Source: Methanosarcinales archaeon (GTDB lineage: Bacteria > Omnitrophota > Gorgyraeia > Duberdicusellales > 4484-171). From it: a stretch of 54,994 bases of DNA. Location: contig JAIWAR010000004.1 of assembly GCA_048634245.1 (NCBI GenBank), forward strand, positions 1 through 54,994, written 5' to 3'. How positions within the stretch are numbered: position 1 is the stretch's first letter; each line of letters starts with the position of its first letter. This document shows, one piece after another, positions 34,007-43,077 of this stretch. The notes under the pieces were generated by a model, which worked only from the letters and a program-made list of their open reading frames with translations, made no database searches and had not been told where the DNA came from. The translations under genes were made by a program, and so were the position numbers.

Positions 34007-35881
34007 TTAAAATGTATACTTTGCACCCAAATACCAGGAAAATTTAGGGGTTTGATAACCGTTTACAAGTTCGTAATCATCATCAAAAACATTTTCGAAC
34101 CTTAAAGATGTATTAAATTTATCGTTCACCTGGTAATTAAAAGAGAGATTGCCTAAAATATATGACTTTAGTTTCGCACTAGATGAATCCATCCTATTGC
34201 CAACGTAAGAAATATCAGTAGAAATATCCAGCTTTTTAAACGCGGTTTTCAATTTACAGGTTACTTTATTGTCCGGTCTTCTCAAAAGCCTTGTTCCATC
34301 TGATAGCTTTTTAGTATTCATGTGGGTATAAGCCAAAGATACAGTAGTACTCTGATTAAACTTCTGTTCGATAAAGCTTTCAATACCATAAATTCTTGAC
34401 TTTCCAGAATTTGCATAACCTGTTAATGTCCAATCTATCAAATCTTTAATATGAGTATGAAAATAAGTTGAACCAAAAACTAGAGAATTACCTATTTTTT
34501 GCTCAAGGCCTACTTCATAGCTTTCTGACTCTTCAGGATTCAAATCTTTATTCCCATAATTACCGTCAAAAAGCTGATAGAGAGATGGGGCCTTAAAGCC
34601 TTCCCCAAAAGAACCTTTTATCTTAGTGCCTGTTTGCTCCACTAAATAACTTCCTGAAAAACCAAAAATATTATGGCTATTAAATTGTGAGTGGTCTTCT
34701 ATGCGGAAAGATACAGAAAGAAATAGATTATCAGTAGGCGTAAAAATGTTTTCGGCATAATAACCTTTTGTATTGCTTCTTTCCTTTGGGCTAAGAGAAA
34801 TCCCCCAAGTGCTATCCCAACGACTCTCGCCGAGCTCTCGCAGATAATCAAAACCAAAAATGATTTTATCAGAATCGCAAGGCTGATAATCTCCCTGCCA
34901 CTTAGCCTGATAAGCTTTGCCATCATACCAGCCATGTGTATTTTCGCTCTGCCAATCTTTACGGTAAGTACGGGTATAGCCTAAAATTACCTTTTGAGAA
35001 AAAGAATCACTGAGCCTATGCGTTAAATTAATTCCTCCTACTCCCTGATAGAAATAAGCGTAGTTATCATTGTCATCGGCAGGAAAATAAGCCGGCCATC
35101 CATCATCCCCGTCATATTCATATTTTGCATACGTATAATTAGTAAGTAATCCTATATCGATGTCGTCAGTTAGTGCGTAATCAAATCTTAGTGAAGAATT
35201 AAAATTATGATATGGGTCTTTTTCATGATTACCGTTTTTATATTTGCTTGAGTAAAATGAGTTAATATCAGCCCTTGATACGGATAAAGAATACGCCAAC
35301 TTATCTATTTCACCTTGTGAAGAAAGTTTCTCACGATAAGTTTGATAACTCCCAGATTCTTGAGTAAAAGAAAATGTTGGTTTACCTTCACCCTTACGTG
35401 TCAAGAGACTAATAGTGCCGCCAATAGAACCTGAACCATACAATGAGCTATATGGTCCTTTTAGAACCTCTACCCTTTCAAGGTTATCGAGCGACATATA
35501 GGCATATCCATAAAAATATCTACTTGTAACCATAGGATCGTATAATTTTATTCCGTCAATTATAACTTGCGTATGTGAAGCTTCCGCTCCTCTTACATTT
35601 ACACCAGTAATACCACCCAAACTTCCTGTAGTAGCATAGCTTAAACTTGGAATATCTTTTATCGCATCAGTTAAAGTAAAAATGCCTTTATCGCTTAATT
35701 CTTCAACCAAAATTACATCTGTTGATGAAGGATTTAAAGAAGCTCTCACTGCTGTCTTATAAGGAGTAATAACAATTTTTTCTAAGTCGATAGCATAAGA
35801 AGAATCGGCTGTATCTTGTGCCGCTACGTTTGCACAAAATAAGCAATACAAAATTAAAATTACTAAACTACTCTGTTTCAT
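34007..35881 (-). CDS. btuB: TonB-dependent outer-membrane receptor (BtuB-like, B12-riboswitch controlled)
   Basis: Signal peptide, plug-domain motifs (IVITPYKT, NVRGAE..HTQVIIDGIK) and a terminal ..GAKYTF. A cobalamin-riboswitch-like element lies directly upstream. Confidence 0.85.
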   Translation of the reverse strand: MKQSSLVILILYCLFCANVAAQDTADSSYAIDLEKIVITPYKTAVRASLNPSSTDVILVEELSDKGIFTLTDAIKDIPSLSYATTGSLGGITGVNVRGAEASHTQVIIDGIKLYDPMVTSRYFYGYAYMSLDNLERVEVLKGPYSSLYGSGSIGGTISLLTRKGEGKPTFSFTQESGSYQTYREKLSSQGEIDKLAYSLSVSRADINSFYSSKYKNGNHEKDPYHNFNSSLRFDYALTDDIDIGLLTNYTYAKYEYDGDDGWPAYFPADDNDNYAYFYQGVGGINLTHRLSDSFSQKVILGYTRTYRKDWQSENTHGWYDGKAYQAKWQGDYQPCDSDKIIFGFDYLRELGESRWDSTWGISLSPKERSNTKGYYAENIFTPTDNLFLSVSFRIEDHSQFNSHNIFGFSGSYLVEQTGTKIKGSFGEGFKAPSLYQLFDGNYGNKDLNPEESESYEVGLEQKIGNSLVFGSTYFHTHIKDLIDWTLTGYANSGKSRIYGIESFIEQKFNQSTTVSLAYTHMNTKKLSDGTRLLRRPDNKVTCKLKTAFKKLDISTDISYVGNRMDSSSAKLKSYILGNLSFNYQVNDKFNTSLRFENVFDDDYELVNGYQTPKFSWYLGAKYTF

Positions 35882-35919
35882 CGTTTTCCCTCCTTTTCTC
35901 TCCTCGAAGATACTTCCAT

Positions 35920-36008
35920 AATAGATAATCGGCCGGGCTCTCCGCCTCTGGCGGAATTACCGTTGCGGGACAGCGAAAGGAATCTCACCTTTACTTCCTT
36001 TATCTATT
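35920..36008 (-). promoter_or_regulatory. compact cobalamin-riboswitch-like element in the btuD-btuB intergenic region
   Basis: Minus-sense GGUGAGAUUCCuuuCGCUGUCCCGCAACGGUAA matches the conserved B12 aptamer core (GGUGnnAAUCC..GCnGnCCCGCnACnGUAA). It is closed by a perfect 9-bp helix AAUAGAUAA/UUAUCUAUU. The B12-box region (GAGCCCGGCCGA) is atypical. Confidence 0.55.
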
Positions 36009-36156
36009 TGTCAAGGAAACCAAAAAATATCTTAGTTTCCAGCTCCTCTAAGTTATGTTAGATATTATTTACCCCGGAAAAAATCCTAAAATTAAATTAT
36101 AATATTTACACCTCCTCTTTGCTCTCATCCCGTTTAAAATTTATCCCCACAAAAGC

Positions 36157-36957
36157 TTACCTCTTCCTTCTCTTCTCTCTTTCTTCTTCAGAAACTACCA
36201 ATACATAAGGCTTGAGAGAAATAGGGTTTTTTTCTACAACTACGGCCGCTCCATATACCTCTTCAATAATCTGATAATTTAAAATCTGTTCGGGCGGCCC
36301 AATTTTGTGAATTCTTCCTTGATCAAGAAGAACCAAGCGTTGGCAATATTCACTAGCTAAATTAAGATCATGCAAAACCATAGCTACCGTGAAACCAAGT
36401 TCTTTATTTAATCTCTTTATAAGGTCTAAAATTCCTACCTGATGAGCTATATCTAAGTGGCTAGTCGGTTCATCTAAAAGAAGCAGTTTTGGCTCCTGAG
36501 TTAAGGCCCTGGCAATAAGCGCAAGCTGCCTCTCGCCCCCGCTAAGCTCTTGCATAAACCTATCTTTAAGCCTGAATGTATCGGTTAATTTCATACATCT
36601 TAAGGCAATTGCTAAATCATCCTTGGTCTCTAAAAATTGAAATCGCTCATAATAAGGAGTCCTTCCTAAAAGAACAAATTCTTCCACGCTCATAAATCCT
36701 GTCTCCGAACTTTGAGAAACAACCGCAATCTCTCTGGCTAATTCTTTATGCCGCATCCGGCTTACATCTTTTCCTTCAAAGAGAATTGCACCTTTCTTTG
36801 GCTTAAGCACTCTGGTTATTGCCCGCAAAAGAGTGGTTTTCCCGGAACCATTTGGCCCGATAATACCCACAAATTCTTTATTCTCTACTTTAAAATTTAT
36901 ATCCTGAAGGATAAATTTTGAATCATAGCCGCAAACCAAATTTTTTATTTCAAGCAC
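36157..36957 (-). CDS. btuD: ABC transporter ATP-binding protein (BtuD/FepC type)
   Basis: GPNGSGKTTLLR, LSGGERQ, LLLDEPTSHLD. Start/stop overlap with the permease gene. Confidence 0.88.
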   Translation of the reverse strand: MLEIKNLVCGYDSKFILQDINFKVENKEFVGIIGPNGSGKTTLLRAITRVLKPKKGAILFEGKDVSRMRHKELAREIAVVSQSSETGFMSVEEFVLLGRTPYYERFQFLETKDDLAIALRCMKLTDTFRLKDRFMQELSGGERQLALIARALTQEPKLLLLDEPTSHLDIAHQVGILDLIKRLNKELGFTVAMVLHDLNLASEYCQRLVLLDQGRIHKIGPPEQILNYQIIEEVYGAAVVVEKNPISLKPYVLVVSEEEREKRRKR

Positions 36958-37973
36958 TACTTTCCCCCCAAAATAACTTGTCGTTTGCTTAAAGCGTATA
37001 CAAAAAGGCTTCCTCCCAATATACCGGTGATTACGCCAACCGGTAATTCTAAAGGAGAAATAATTGTCCTGGCTAAAGTATCACAGAAAATTAAAAAACC
37101 CGCCCCGCAAATAAATGAACCTATTAAAAGAATTCTATGATCCCTGCCTATAAACATACGTACAAAATGGGGAACAACCAATCCCACAAATCCAATAATA
37201 CCGGCTACGGAAACACTAAAACCGGTAAGTATTGAGGCAAGGACAAAAAGCAAACGTTTTGTCTTTTCTACATTTATTCCTAAGTACTGAGCTTCTTCTT
37301 CCCCTAATGAAAAAGCATTCAGGCGAAAACAAAAAAGATAAGAAACGATTAAGCCCAAAATAGATATTATAAATGCTAATTTTACAAGAAACCAACTTGG
37401 CTCCTCTAAAGAACCCATTATCCAGAATACAATTCCATGCAAATCTTCGGTGCCGGACACAGCCATAATAAGCATAATCAAAGAAGAAGAAACAAAGCTT
37501 ATCATCACCCCGCAAAGCAGGAGTCCCTGAATCTTTAATATGCCTTTTCTTACGCTTAAAGAATAAATTAGTAAAATAACCAAAATAGCCCCTATGAATC
37601 CGGAAACCGGTAATGAAAAAGCACCAACTGTTCGATGTAATCTTAAAACAATATTTAGACATACAGCTAAAGCCGCCCCTCCGGAAATACCTAAGGTGTA
37701 AGGCTCAACTAAAGGGTTGCGAAACATCCCTTGCAAAAGAACACCCGCTAAACTCAATGCTCCGCCTACAGCAAAGCCTAAAATGATACGCGGAAGGCGA
37801 ATGTTAAAAAGAATAGTATATTCAATTGTGCCTTTACCTTCGAATATCAAAGGAATAATTTTCTTAAAGTGTATCCCACTTGGACCAACAGACAAAGATA
37901 AGATACTTATACCTGCAAGAATTCCACTCAAAGCCAATATCCAAATAATCCAATAGAATATTTTTTTCCGCAT
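36957..37973 (-). CDS. btuC: FecCD-family ABC permease (BtuC type)
   Basis: Multi-TM protein with the conserved FecCD motifs RLPRI and LSLGEEEAQYLG. Confidence 0.88.
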   Translation of the reverse strand: MRKKIFYWIIWILALSGILAGISILSLSVGPSGIHFKKIIPLIFEGKGTIEYTILFNIRLPRIILGFAVGGALSLAGVLLQGMFRNPLVEPYTLGISGGAALAVCLNIVLRLHRTVGAFSLPVSGFIGAILVILLIYSLSVRKGILKIQGLLLCGVMISFVSSSLIMLIMAVSGTEDLHGIVFWIMGSLEEPSWFLVKLAFIISILGLIVSYLFCFRLNAFSLGEEEAQYLGINVEKTKRLLFVLASILTGFSVSVAGIIGFVGLVVPHFVRMFIGRDHRILLIGSFICGAGFLIFCDTLARTIISPLELPVGVITGILGGSLFVYALSKRQVILGGK

Positions 37974-38828
37974 TTATTTCTCCTGCCCGGGATGTAAAAT
38001 TTCCGCCATTTGCTCTAAAGTGTCAGCAAAGCTTAAGGGAGTTGGGCTGCAAAGTTTATACGAATCAATGATATAAACTCTGTTATTTTTTACTGCTTTC
38101 AATGACTTAAATTTTTCCCAGGTTTCTTTCTCTTTTTCTCCTGCAATTCCCATAGTCACAATAATTATTATGCTCGGATCGGCTTCAATAACCTTTTCTC
38201 TGGAATAAAACCCGCTTTTTAGATTTTGAGCAATGTTTACACCGCCGGCAAATTCAATAAAATCATTGACAAAAGAATCTCCAATTACAGTAAATAATGG
38301 CCTTGCGCCTACCTGAATAAAAACCTTTGGTTTAGGCAGGCCTTTAACTTTTTTCTTTGTAATATTTATTTTGTCTTTTGCCTTAGAAATAATCTCTTCC
38401 GCTTTTTTTTCTTCACCGACAATTTCCCCTAACCTTAAAAACTGTTCACATATTTCAGCAAAACTCTTTGGCGGAGAAAAACTTACCACCTCTACCCCCA
38501 AATCTTTCAATTTCTTAACAGCCTTAAAATCGGTTAAAGCTGTTGCTAATACCAGATCGGGCTTAAATCCTATTATCTTCTCCAAACTAATTTCTACAAC
38601 TGTCCCCACTTTCTCTTTGCTCTTGGCCTCTTTCGGCCTCTTGCAATATATAGTGCAGCCTACTAATCTATCCTGAACGTTCAATAAATACAGCTGTTCA
38701 GTTATGGCTGGACCAAGAGAAATAATTCTTTGAGGTAAATTCTGATCAGTATGCCCGACAAAAGTACCTATATACAAAAAAATCAGAGCACAAACAATAA
38801 CTTTAATTCCAAGTAATAACTTCTTCAT
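37974..38828 (-). CDS. btuF: periplasmic substrate-binding protein (BtuF/FhuD class)
   Basis: Signal/anchor sequence. RIISLGPAITEQLYLL...LVGCT...KPDLVLA pattern. Confidence 0.82.
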   Translation of the reverse strand: MKKLLLGIKVIVCALIFLYIGTFVGHTDQNLPQRIISLGPAITEQLYLLNVQDRLVGCTIYCKRPKEAKSKEKVGTVVEISLEKIIGFKPDLVLATALTDFKAVKKLKDLGVEVVSFSPPKSFAEICEQFLRLGEIVGEEKKAEEIISKAKDKINITKKKVKGLPKPKVFIQVGARPLFTVIGDSFVNDFIEFAGGVNIAQNLKSGFYSREKVIEADPSIIIIVTMGIAGEKEKETWEKFKSLKAVKNNRVYIIDSYKLCSPTPLSFADTLEQMAEILHPGQEK

Positions 38829-38872
38829 TTATATTTTTTCTTTTTTAAACTCAATCAACAATACAAAAAAAA

Positions 38873-39158
38873 CTAGCAAAAACATAGCGCAAAAAGTAAC
38901 ACTCCTACTTCAGCGATTTCACTTACAGCGTCAAGCGTATCTCCGGTCATCCCGCCGATTTTTCTCTTGGCGTAATTTATAAACAGCAATACCGGAATTA
39001 AAGAAAAAATAAACAAAATAACTCCCTTTCAATCTAATAGCCAGCCTCTCAGACTGCTGTATCCCCTTACGGTTTAAAGACGGATTACTAAACCCGCAAT
39101 ATCTGCCCGTTAAAGTATAATCAGTTTCGCCGTGTCGAATTAAAAACATTTTTACCAT
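38873..39158 (-). pseudogene. deletion scar: 5' fragment of a cobC-type histidine phosphatase joined out of frame to the 3' end of cobS (cobalamin synthase)
   Basis: MVKMFLIRHGETDYTLTGRYCGFSNPSLNRKGIQQSERLAIRLKG is about the first 45 aa of an ~200-aa family (RHG motif). From ~39028 a different frame reads ..INYAKRKIGGMTGDTLDAVSEIAEVGVLLFALCFC*, the typical CobS C-terminus. Confidence 0.65.
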
Positions 39159-39168
39159 AAAAACACCC

Positions 39169-39200
39169 TGAAAATAAAAAATCCCCGACAATAAGTCGGG
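39169..39200 (-). terminator. intrinsic terminator forming the expression platform of the upstream cobalamin riboswitch
   Basis: Minus-sense CCCCGAC-UUAUU-GUCGGGG followed by AUUUUUUAUUUU. Confidence 0.75.
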
Positions 39201-39270
39201 GTGCACCCTGGTTTCTTGGCCCGTAAAACAAAAGTTCTAGGTTATTATTCCGCGTAAAACCTAAACTTGA

Positions 39271-39436
39271 TTTTTTCGGCAGGTCTTCTGACTTTCCCGC
39301 CTTTTAACAGTCTTCCCACCCTATCTCGGATAGTGACCTAAGCAACGTTAAAAAGGTTTCCCGACATTATGTCGGGACGGAATTACAGCACCGGGAGTGT
39401 TTCCGATTCACACGGAATTCCCTATTATGCCTTATC
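39271..39436 (-). promoter_or_regulatory. cobalamin (B12) riboswitch
   Basis: Minus-sense AAUAGGGAAuuccGUGUGAAUCGG...CCCGGUGCUGUAA...GGUCACUAUCC...GGGUGGGAAGAC...B12 box AGUCAGAAGACCUGCC (plus 39278-39293). Confidence 0.88.
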
Positions 39437-39460
39437 CTGTTAGAAAAATTTTTCTAACAG
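39437..39460. repeat. perfect 24-bp palindrome between promoter and riboswitch
   Basis: ctgttagaaaaa|tttttctaacag. Confidence 0.7.
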
Positions 39461-39509
39461 AATTTTACGGCACCGAAAACAATAATCCTAACTCCCAAAG
39501 AACGAATTT

Positions 39510-39537
39510 ATTTTATCCTAACCAACTATCTTGTCAA
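39510..39537 (-). promoter_or_regulatory. sigma70-type promoter for the B12 riboswitch/btu operon
   Basis: Minus-sense TTGACA-N16-TAAAAT. Confidence 0.55.
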
Positions 39538-39589
39538 TATCTTTCTAATAGTTCCCTAGCAGTTTTTATACTGTATATCTCCGGAGTAA

Positions 39590-39609
39590 AGGAAGAGATA
39601 TCTCTTCCT
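39590..39609 (-). terminator. hairpin after pyrG (possible terminator)
   Basis: Perfect palindrome aggaagagat|atctcttcct, 6 nt after the pyrG stop. Weak U tract. Confidence 0.4.
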
Positions 39610-39615
39610 CTTTTA

Positions 39616-41217
39616 TCATTTAGCCTTTAAAGAATGCTTTATAAAATCGGCGAATAAGGGGTGGGCTTCATCGGGCTTGGATTTAAACTCCGGATGAAAT
39701 TGGCAGGCAATAAACCAAGGGTGATTAGTTAATTCTATTATCTCAACAAGGTTCTTAGCGGAATTAATCCCTGAAAAAATCATTCCCTTTTTCTCCATAG
39801 CTTCTCTATACACATTACTAAACTCATAACGATGCCGATGCCTCTCAGTAATTTTTCCTTTTCCATAAGTCGCCCGGGTTTTAGTTTCTTTCTTTATTTC
39901 GCATTCATAAGCACCTAAACGCATGGTCGCGCCTTTTGTAGTAATGTTTTTTTGTTCTTCAAGAAGGCTTATCACCGGATACTTTGTATTTTTATTAAAC
40001 TCAGTAGAGCTGGCATTTCTAAATCCGCAAACATTGCGGGCAAACTCAATCACCGCGGCCTGCATGCCTAAACATATCCCCAAAAAAGGTATATTTTGTT
40101 TTCTGGCAAATTGCACCGCTTTTATTTTTCCTTCGATGCCTCTATGTCCAAACCCGCCGGGAATAAGAATTCCTCCTACGCCTTTTAAATATTTGCCGGT
40201 TTCATTTTTCTCAATATCCTCAGAATCAACTCGCTTTAGTACCAACTTCGCGTTATTCGCAATCACCCCATGGATAAGTGCTTCATAAATTGACTTATAG
40301 GCATCTTGAAGAGTAATATATTTACCTATTACGGCAATTTCAACTTTCTTTGACGCATTTTTTATCTTTTTTACTACCCGCCTTTCCCAATTAGATAAAT
40401 CACCTTCACCGCATTTTAAATTAAGAAGGCGCGCGATTAAACGGCCCATAGCTTGCTTCTCTAAATTAATCGGTACTTCATAAATACTTTTTACATCAAC
40501 CGCCGAAATCACCGCGTCTCTGTGTACATTACAAAAAAGAGCGATTTTCTCCCGCGCTTCTTTAGGAAGTTTCTTTTCTGTTCTGCATATAATAATATCG
40601 GGAATGATTCCGATTCCACGCAGTGTTTGAACGCTATGCTGGGTAGGTTTTGTTTTTATCTCACCTGCCGATTTTATAAAAGGAACGAGAGTAACATGAA
40701 TATTAATCGCGTAATCTCTGCCTATATCAAGCCGAAATTGCCTAATTGCCTCAAGAAAAGGAAGGCTTTCAATATCACCGATAGTTCCGCCTATCTCAAT
40801 AATAATAACATCCACCTTTTGATTATCCTCGACCTTCTTGATACTATTTTTTATCTCATCGGTTATATGAGGAATAATCTGAACGGTCTTGCCTAGATAA
40901 TCACCTTTTCGTTCCTTAGAAATTACCGAGTAATAAATTTTTCCTGTGGTAATATTATTATCTTTAGTTAATTTAGCATTGGTAAACCGCTCATAATGCC
41001 CTAAATCTAAATCGGTTTCCGCGCCATCTTCGGTCACATATACCTCACCGTGCTGAAAAGGACTCATTGTCCCCGGATCGACATTTATATAAGGATCGCA
41101 TTTAATAATAGAAACTTTCAACCCTTTTGACTCTAGAATCTTACCAATGGAAGCAGAAGCGATTCCCTTGCCTAAGCTTGATACAACCCCGCCGGTTACA
41201 AAAATATATTTAGCCAC
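39616..41217 (-). CDS. pyrG: CTP synthase (glutamine hydrolysing)
   Basis: [19 protein letters not shown]-terminus. GATase active-site region GICLGMQ and the HRHRYE motif. Confidence 0.97.
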   Translation of the reverse strand: MAKYIFVTGGVVSSLGKGIASASIGKILESKGLKVSIIKCDPYINVDPGTMSPFQHGEVYVTEDGAETDLDLGHYERFTNAKLTKDNNITTGKIYYSVISKERKGDYLGKTVQIIPHITDEIKNSIKKVEDNQKVDVIIIEIGGTIGDIESLPFLEAIRQFRLDIGRDYAINIHVTLVPFIKSAGEIKTKPTQHSVQTLRGIGIIPDIIICRTEKKLPKEAREKIALFCNVHRDAVISAVDVKSIYEVPINLEKQAMGRLIARLLNLKCGEGDLSNWERRVVKKIKNASKKVEIAVIGKYITLQDAYKSIYEALIHGVIANNAKLVLKRVDSEDIEKNETGKYLKGVGGILIPGGFGHRGIEGKIKAVQFARKQNIPFLGICLGMQAAVIEFARNVCGFRNASSTEFNKNTKYPVISLLEEQKNITTKGATMRLGAYECEIKKETKTRATYGKGKITERHRHRYEFSNVYREAMEKKGMIFSGINSAKNLVEIIELTNHPWFIACQFHPEFKSKPDEAHPLFADFIKHSLKAK

Positions 41218-41237
41218 TGTTTACCTCCTTATGCTTC

Positions 41238-43064
41238 TCATTCCACAGTAACGCTTTTCGCAAGATTCCTCGGCTTATCTACGTCATGCCCTTTCAGAAC
41301 CGCCATATAATAGGCTAAAAGCTGTAAAGGTATAATTGTAAGTAAGGGGGAAAACATTTCCTCTATCTTAGGAATAAAAATGACTTCTTTAACATAATCT
41401 TTTATTTGCTTGTTTCCTAAGGTTGCTATAGCAATGACCTTGCCTCGCCGGGCTAATATCTCCTGGATATTGGACACCATTTTGTCAAAAATCAAGGAAT
41501 CATTAGCTATACATACCACCGCTCTGTATTCATCAATAAGAGCAATAGGCCCATGTTTCATTTCGCCGGCAGGATAACCCTCAGAGGGAATATAAGAAAT
41601 CTCTTTAAACTTTAATGCCCCTTCTAAGGCGGTAGGAAAATTAACGTTTCTACCTAAATAAAGAAAAGCGCCAAGATGAAGATGTTTTTTAGCAATCTCT
41701 TCTATGCCTCTTGCATTTTTAAGAATCTCCCCCTGCTTAGCAGGTATCTCTTTAAGAGAAGAAATAGCGTTATCTATATAGCTTTTGCTTAAAGTATTTT
41801 TTAAACCCGCTAAATACAGCCCTAAAAGATAAAGAACCATAACTTGAGCCGTATAAGCCTTGGTGGAAGCTACACTTATTTCCGGGCCGGCATGAGTATA
41901 GATAGTTGAGTCTGACTCTCTAGCCAAGGCTGAACCCAAAACATTACAGATAGAAAGAATTTTGACCTTATTTTTCTTCGCCTCTCTTACTGCCGCCAAA
42001 GTATCAGCCGTTTCACCCGACTGGCTAATCGCAATAACCAATGTCTTACCTCTTATGACCGGATTTCTGTATCTAAACTCACTGCCAAAATCTACCCAAA
42101 CAGGAATACGGGTAAATGACTCCATCACATACTTACCGATTAAACCGGCATGATAAGCTGTACCACAGGCAAGGATAACTAAATTTTCTACCCCCTTAAG
42201 AAAGTTGCCGGTTATATTAAGCTTTTCGAATAGAATGTTACCGGAAGGTGTTATATAACGAGAGATTATTCTAGAAAGAACCTGAGGTTGTTCGTAAATC
42301 TCTTTCAACATAAAGTGGCGGAATTTACCTTTTTGGACCGCTTCTATATCATACGAAATAGTCTCTGTTCTTTTATGAATCTTATTTCCCTTTACATCGA
42401 AAACATCGACCTTATCCTTAGTAATAACTGCTATTTCATTATCATCTAAATAGATAACATCTTTTGTGTAGTTCAAGATTGCTGAAACATCTGAAGCGAT
42501 AAAGTTTGCATCCTTACCTAAACCAATAGCTAACGAAGAATCACGTCTTAGCGCTACTATTTTTTCCGGTTCATCCGCGCTCACGACACCTAAAGCATAG
42601 GAGCCTTTTACTTTTTGCACCGCCTTTTTTACAGCCTCCTGCAGGTTTCCTTTATAGAACTTATCCACCAGATGGGCAATTACCTCTGTATCAGTTTCAG
42701 ATTTAAACTTACAGCCTTGATTTTCTAAATCTTTCTTTAACTCATTAAAATTTTCTATTATTCCGTTATGAACAACACCGATTTTCCTTTTCGCGTCTAC
42801 ATGGGGATGGGCATTTATTCCTGAAGGTTTTCCGTGAGTCGCCCACCGAGTATGTCCTAACCCTATCCGGCCAATTAACTTTTTCTTTCTAAGAGCCATC
42901 TCTAAAACGCTAATTCGTCCTTTACGCTTAGCAATGGATAGCCTATCTTTATTTACTACAACTATACCCGCGGAATCATACCCCCGGTATTCAAGCTTCT
43001 TTAACCCTTCCACGATGATTGTCGCAGCTTCCTTACCGCCCGCGTAACCGATTATTCCGCACAT
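41238..43064 (-). CDS. glmS: glutamine--fructose-6-phosphate aminotransferase
   Basis: MCGIIGY N-terminal nucleophile, two SIS domains, C-terminal ..LAKSVTVE. Confidence 0.97.
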   Translation of the reverse strand: MCGIIGYAGGKEAATIIVEGLKKLEYRGYDSAGIVVVNKDRLSIAKRKGRISVLEMALRKKKLIGRIGLGHTRWATHGKPSGINAHPHVDAKRKIGVVHNGIIENFNELKKDLENQGCKFKSETDTEVIAHLVDKFYKGNLQEAVKKAVQKVKGSYALGVVSADEPEKIVALRRDSSLAIGLGKDANFIASDVSAILNYTKDVIYLDDNEIAVITKDKVDVFDVKGNKIHKRTETISYDIEAVQKGKFRHFMLKEIYEQPQVLSRIISRYITPSGNILFEKLNITGNFLKGVENLVILACGTAYHAGLIGKYVMESFTRIPVWVDFGSEFRYRNPVIRGKTLVIAISQSGETADTLAAVREAKKNKVKILSICNVLGSALARESDSTIYTHAGPEISVASTKAYTAQVMVLYLLGLYLAGLKNTLSKSYIDNAISSLKEIPAKQGEILKNARGIEEIAKKHLHLGAFLYLGRNVNFPTALEGALKFKEISYIPSEGYPAGEMKHGPIALIDEYRAVVCIANDSLIFDKMVSNIQEILARRGKVIAIATLGNKQIKDYVKEVIFIPKIEEMFSPLLTIIPLQLLAYYMAVLKGHDVDKPRNLAKSVTVE

Positions 43065-43077
43065 AATACCTCTCTTG

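Noticed and set aside
36009-36014. TTGACA hexamer on the minus strand just upstream of the compact B12 element, as a possible btuB promoter
   Set aside because: A -10 and TSS at the right spacing would fall inside the closing helix of the riboswitch-like element. There is no acceptable -10 hexamer, so read-through from btuD is more likely.
37216-37662. 148-aa minus-strand ORF inside the btuC region
   Set aside because: It is an alternative frame of the FecCD permease gene. The permease frame has the conserved motifs and this one has none.
39159-39206. N-terminal extension (MHPDLLSGIFYFQGVF) of the listed ORF 38931-39206
   Set aside because: These codons are the riboswitch terminator hairpin and its U tract. 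The recognisable CobC-like sequence starts at MVKMFLIRHGET.
39397-39630. 77-aa plus-strand ORF
   Set aside because: It lies antisense across the cobalamin riboswitch, its promoter and the pyrG terminator, with no coding signal.
43065-43077. glmS ribozyme upstream of glmS
   Set aside because: Only 13 nt separate the purF stop from the glmS start, so there is no room for the ~170-nt ribozyme.
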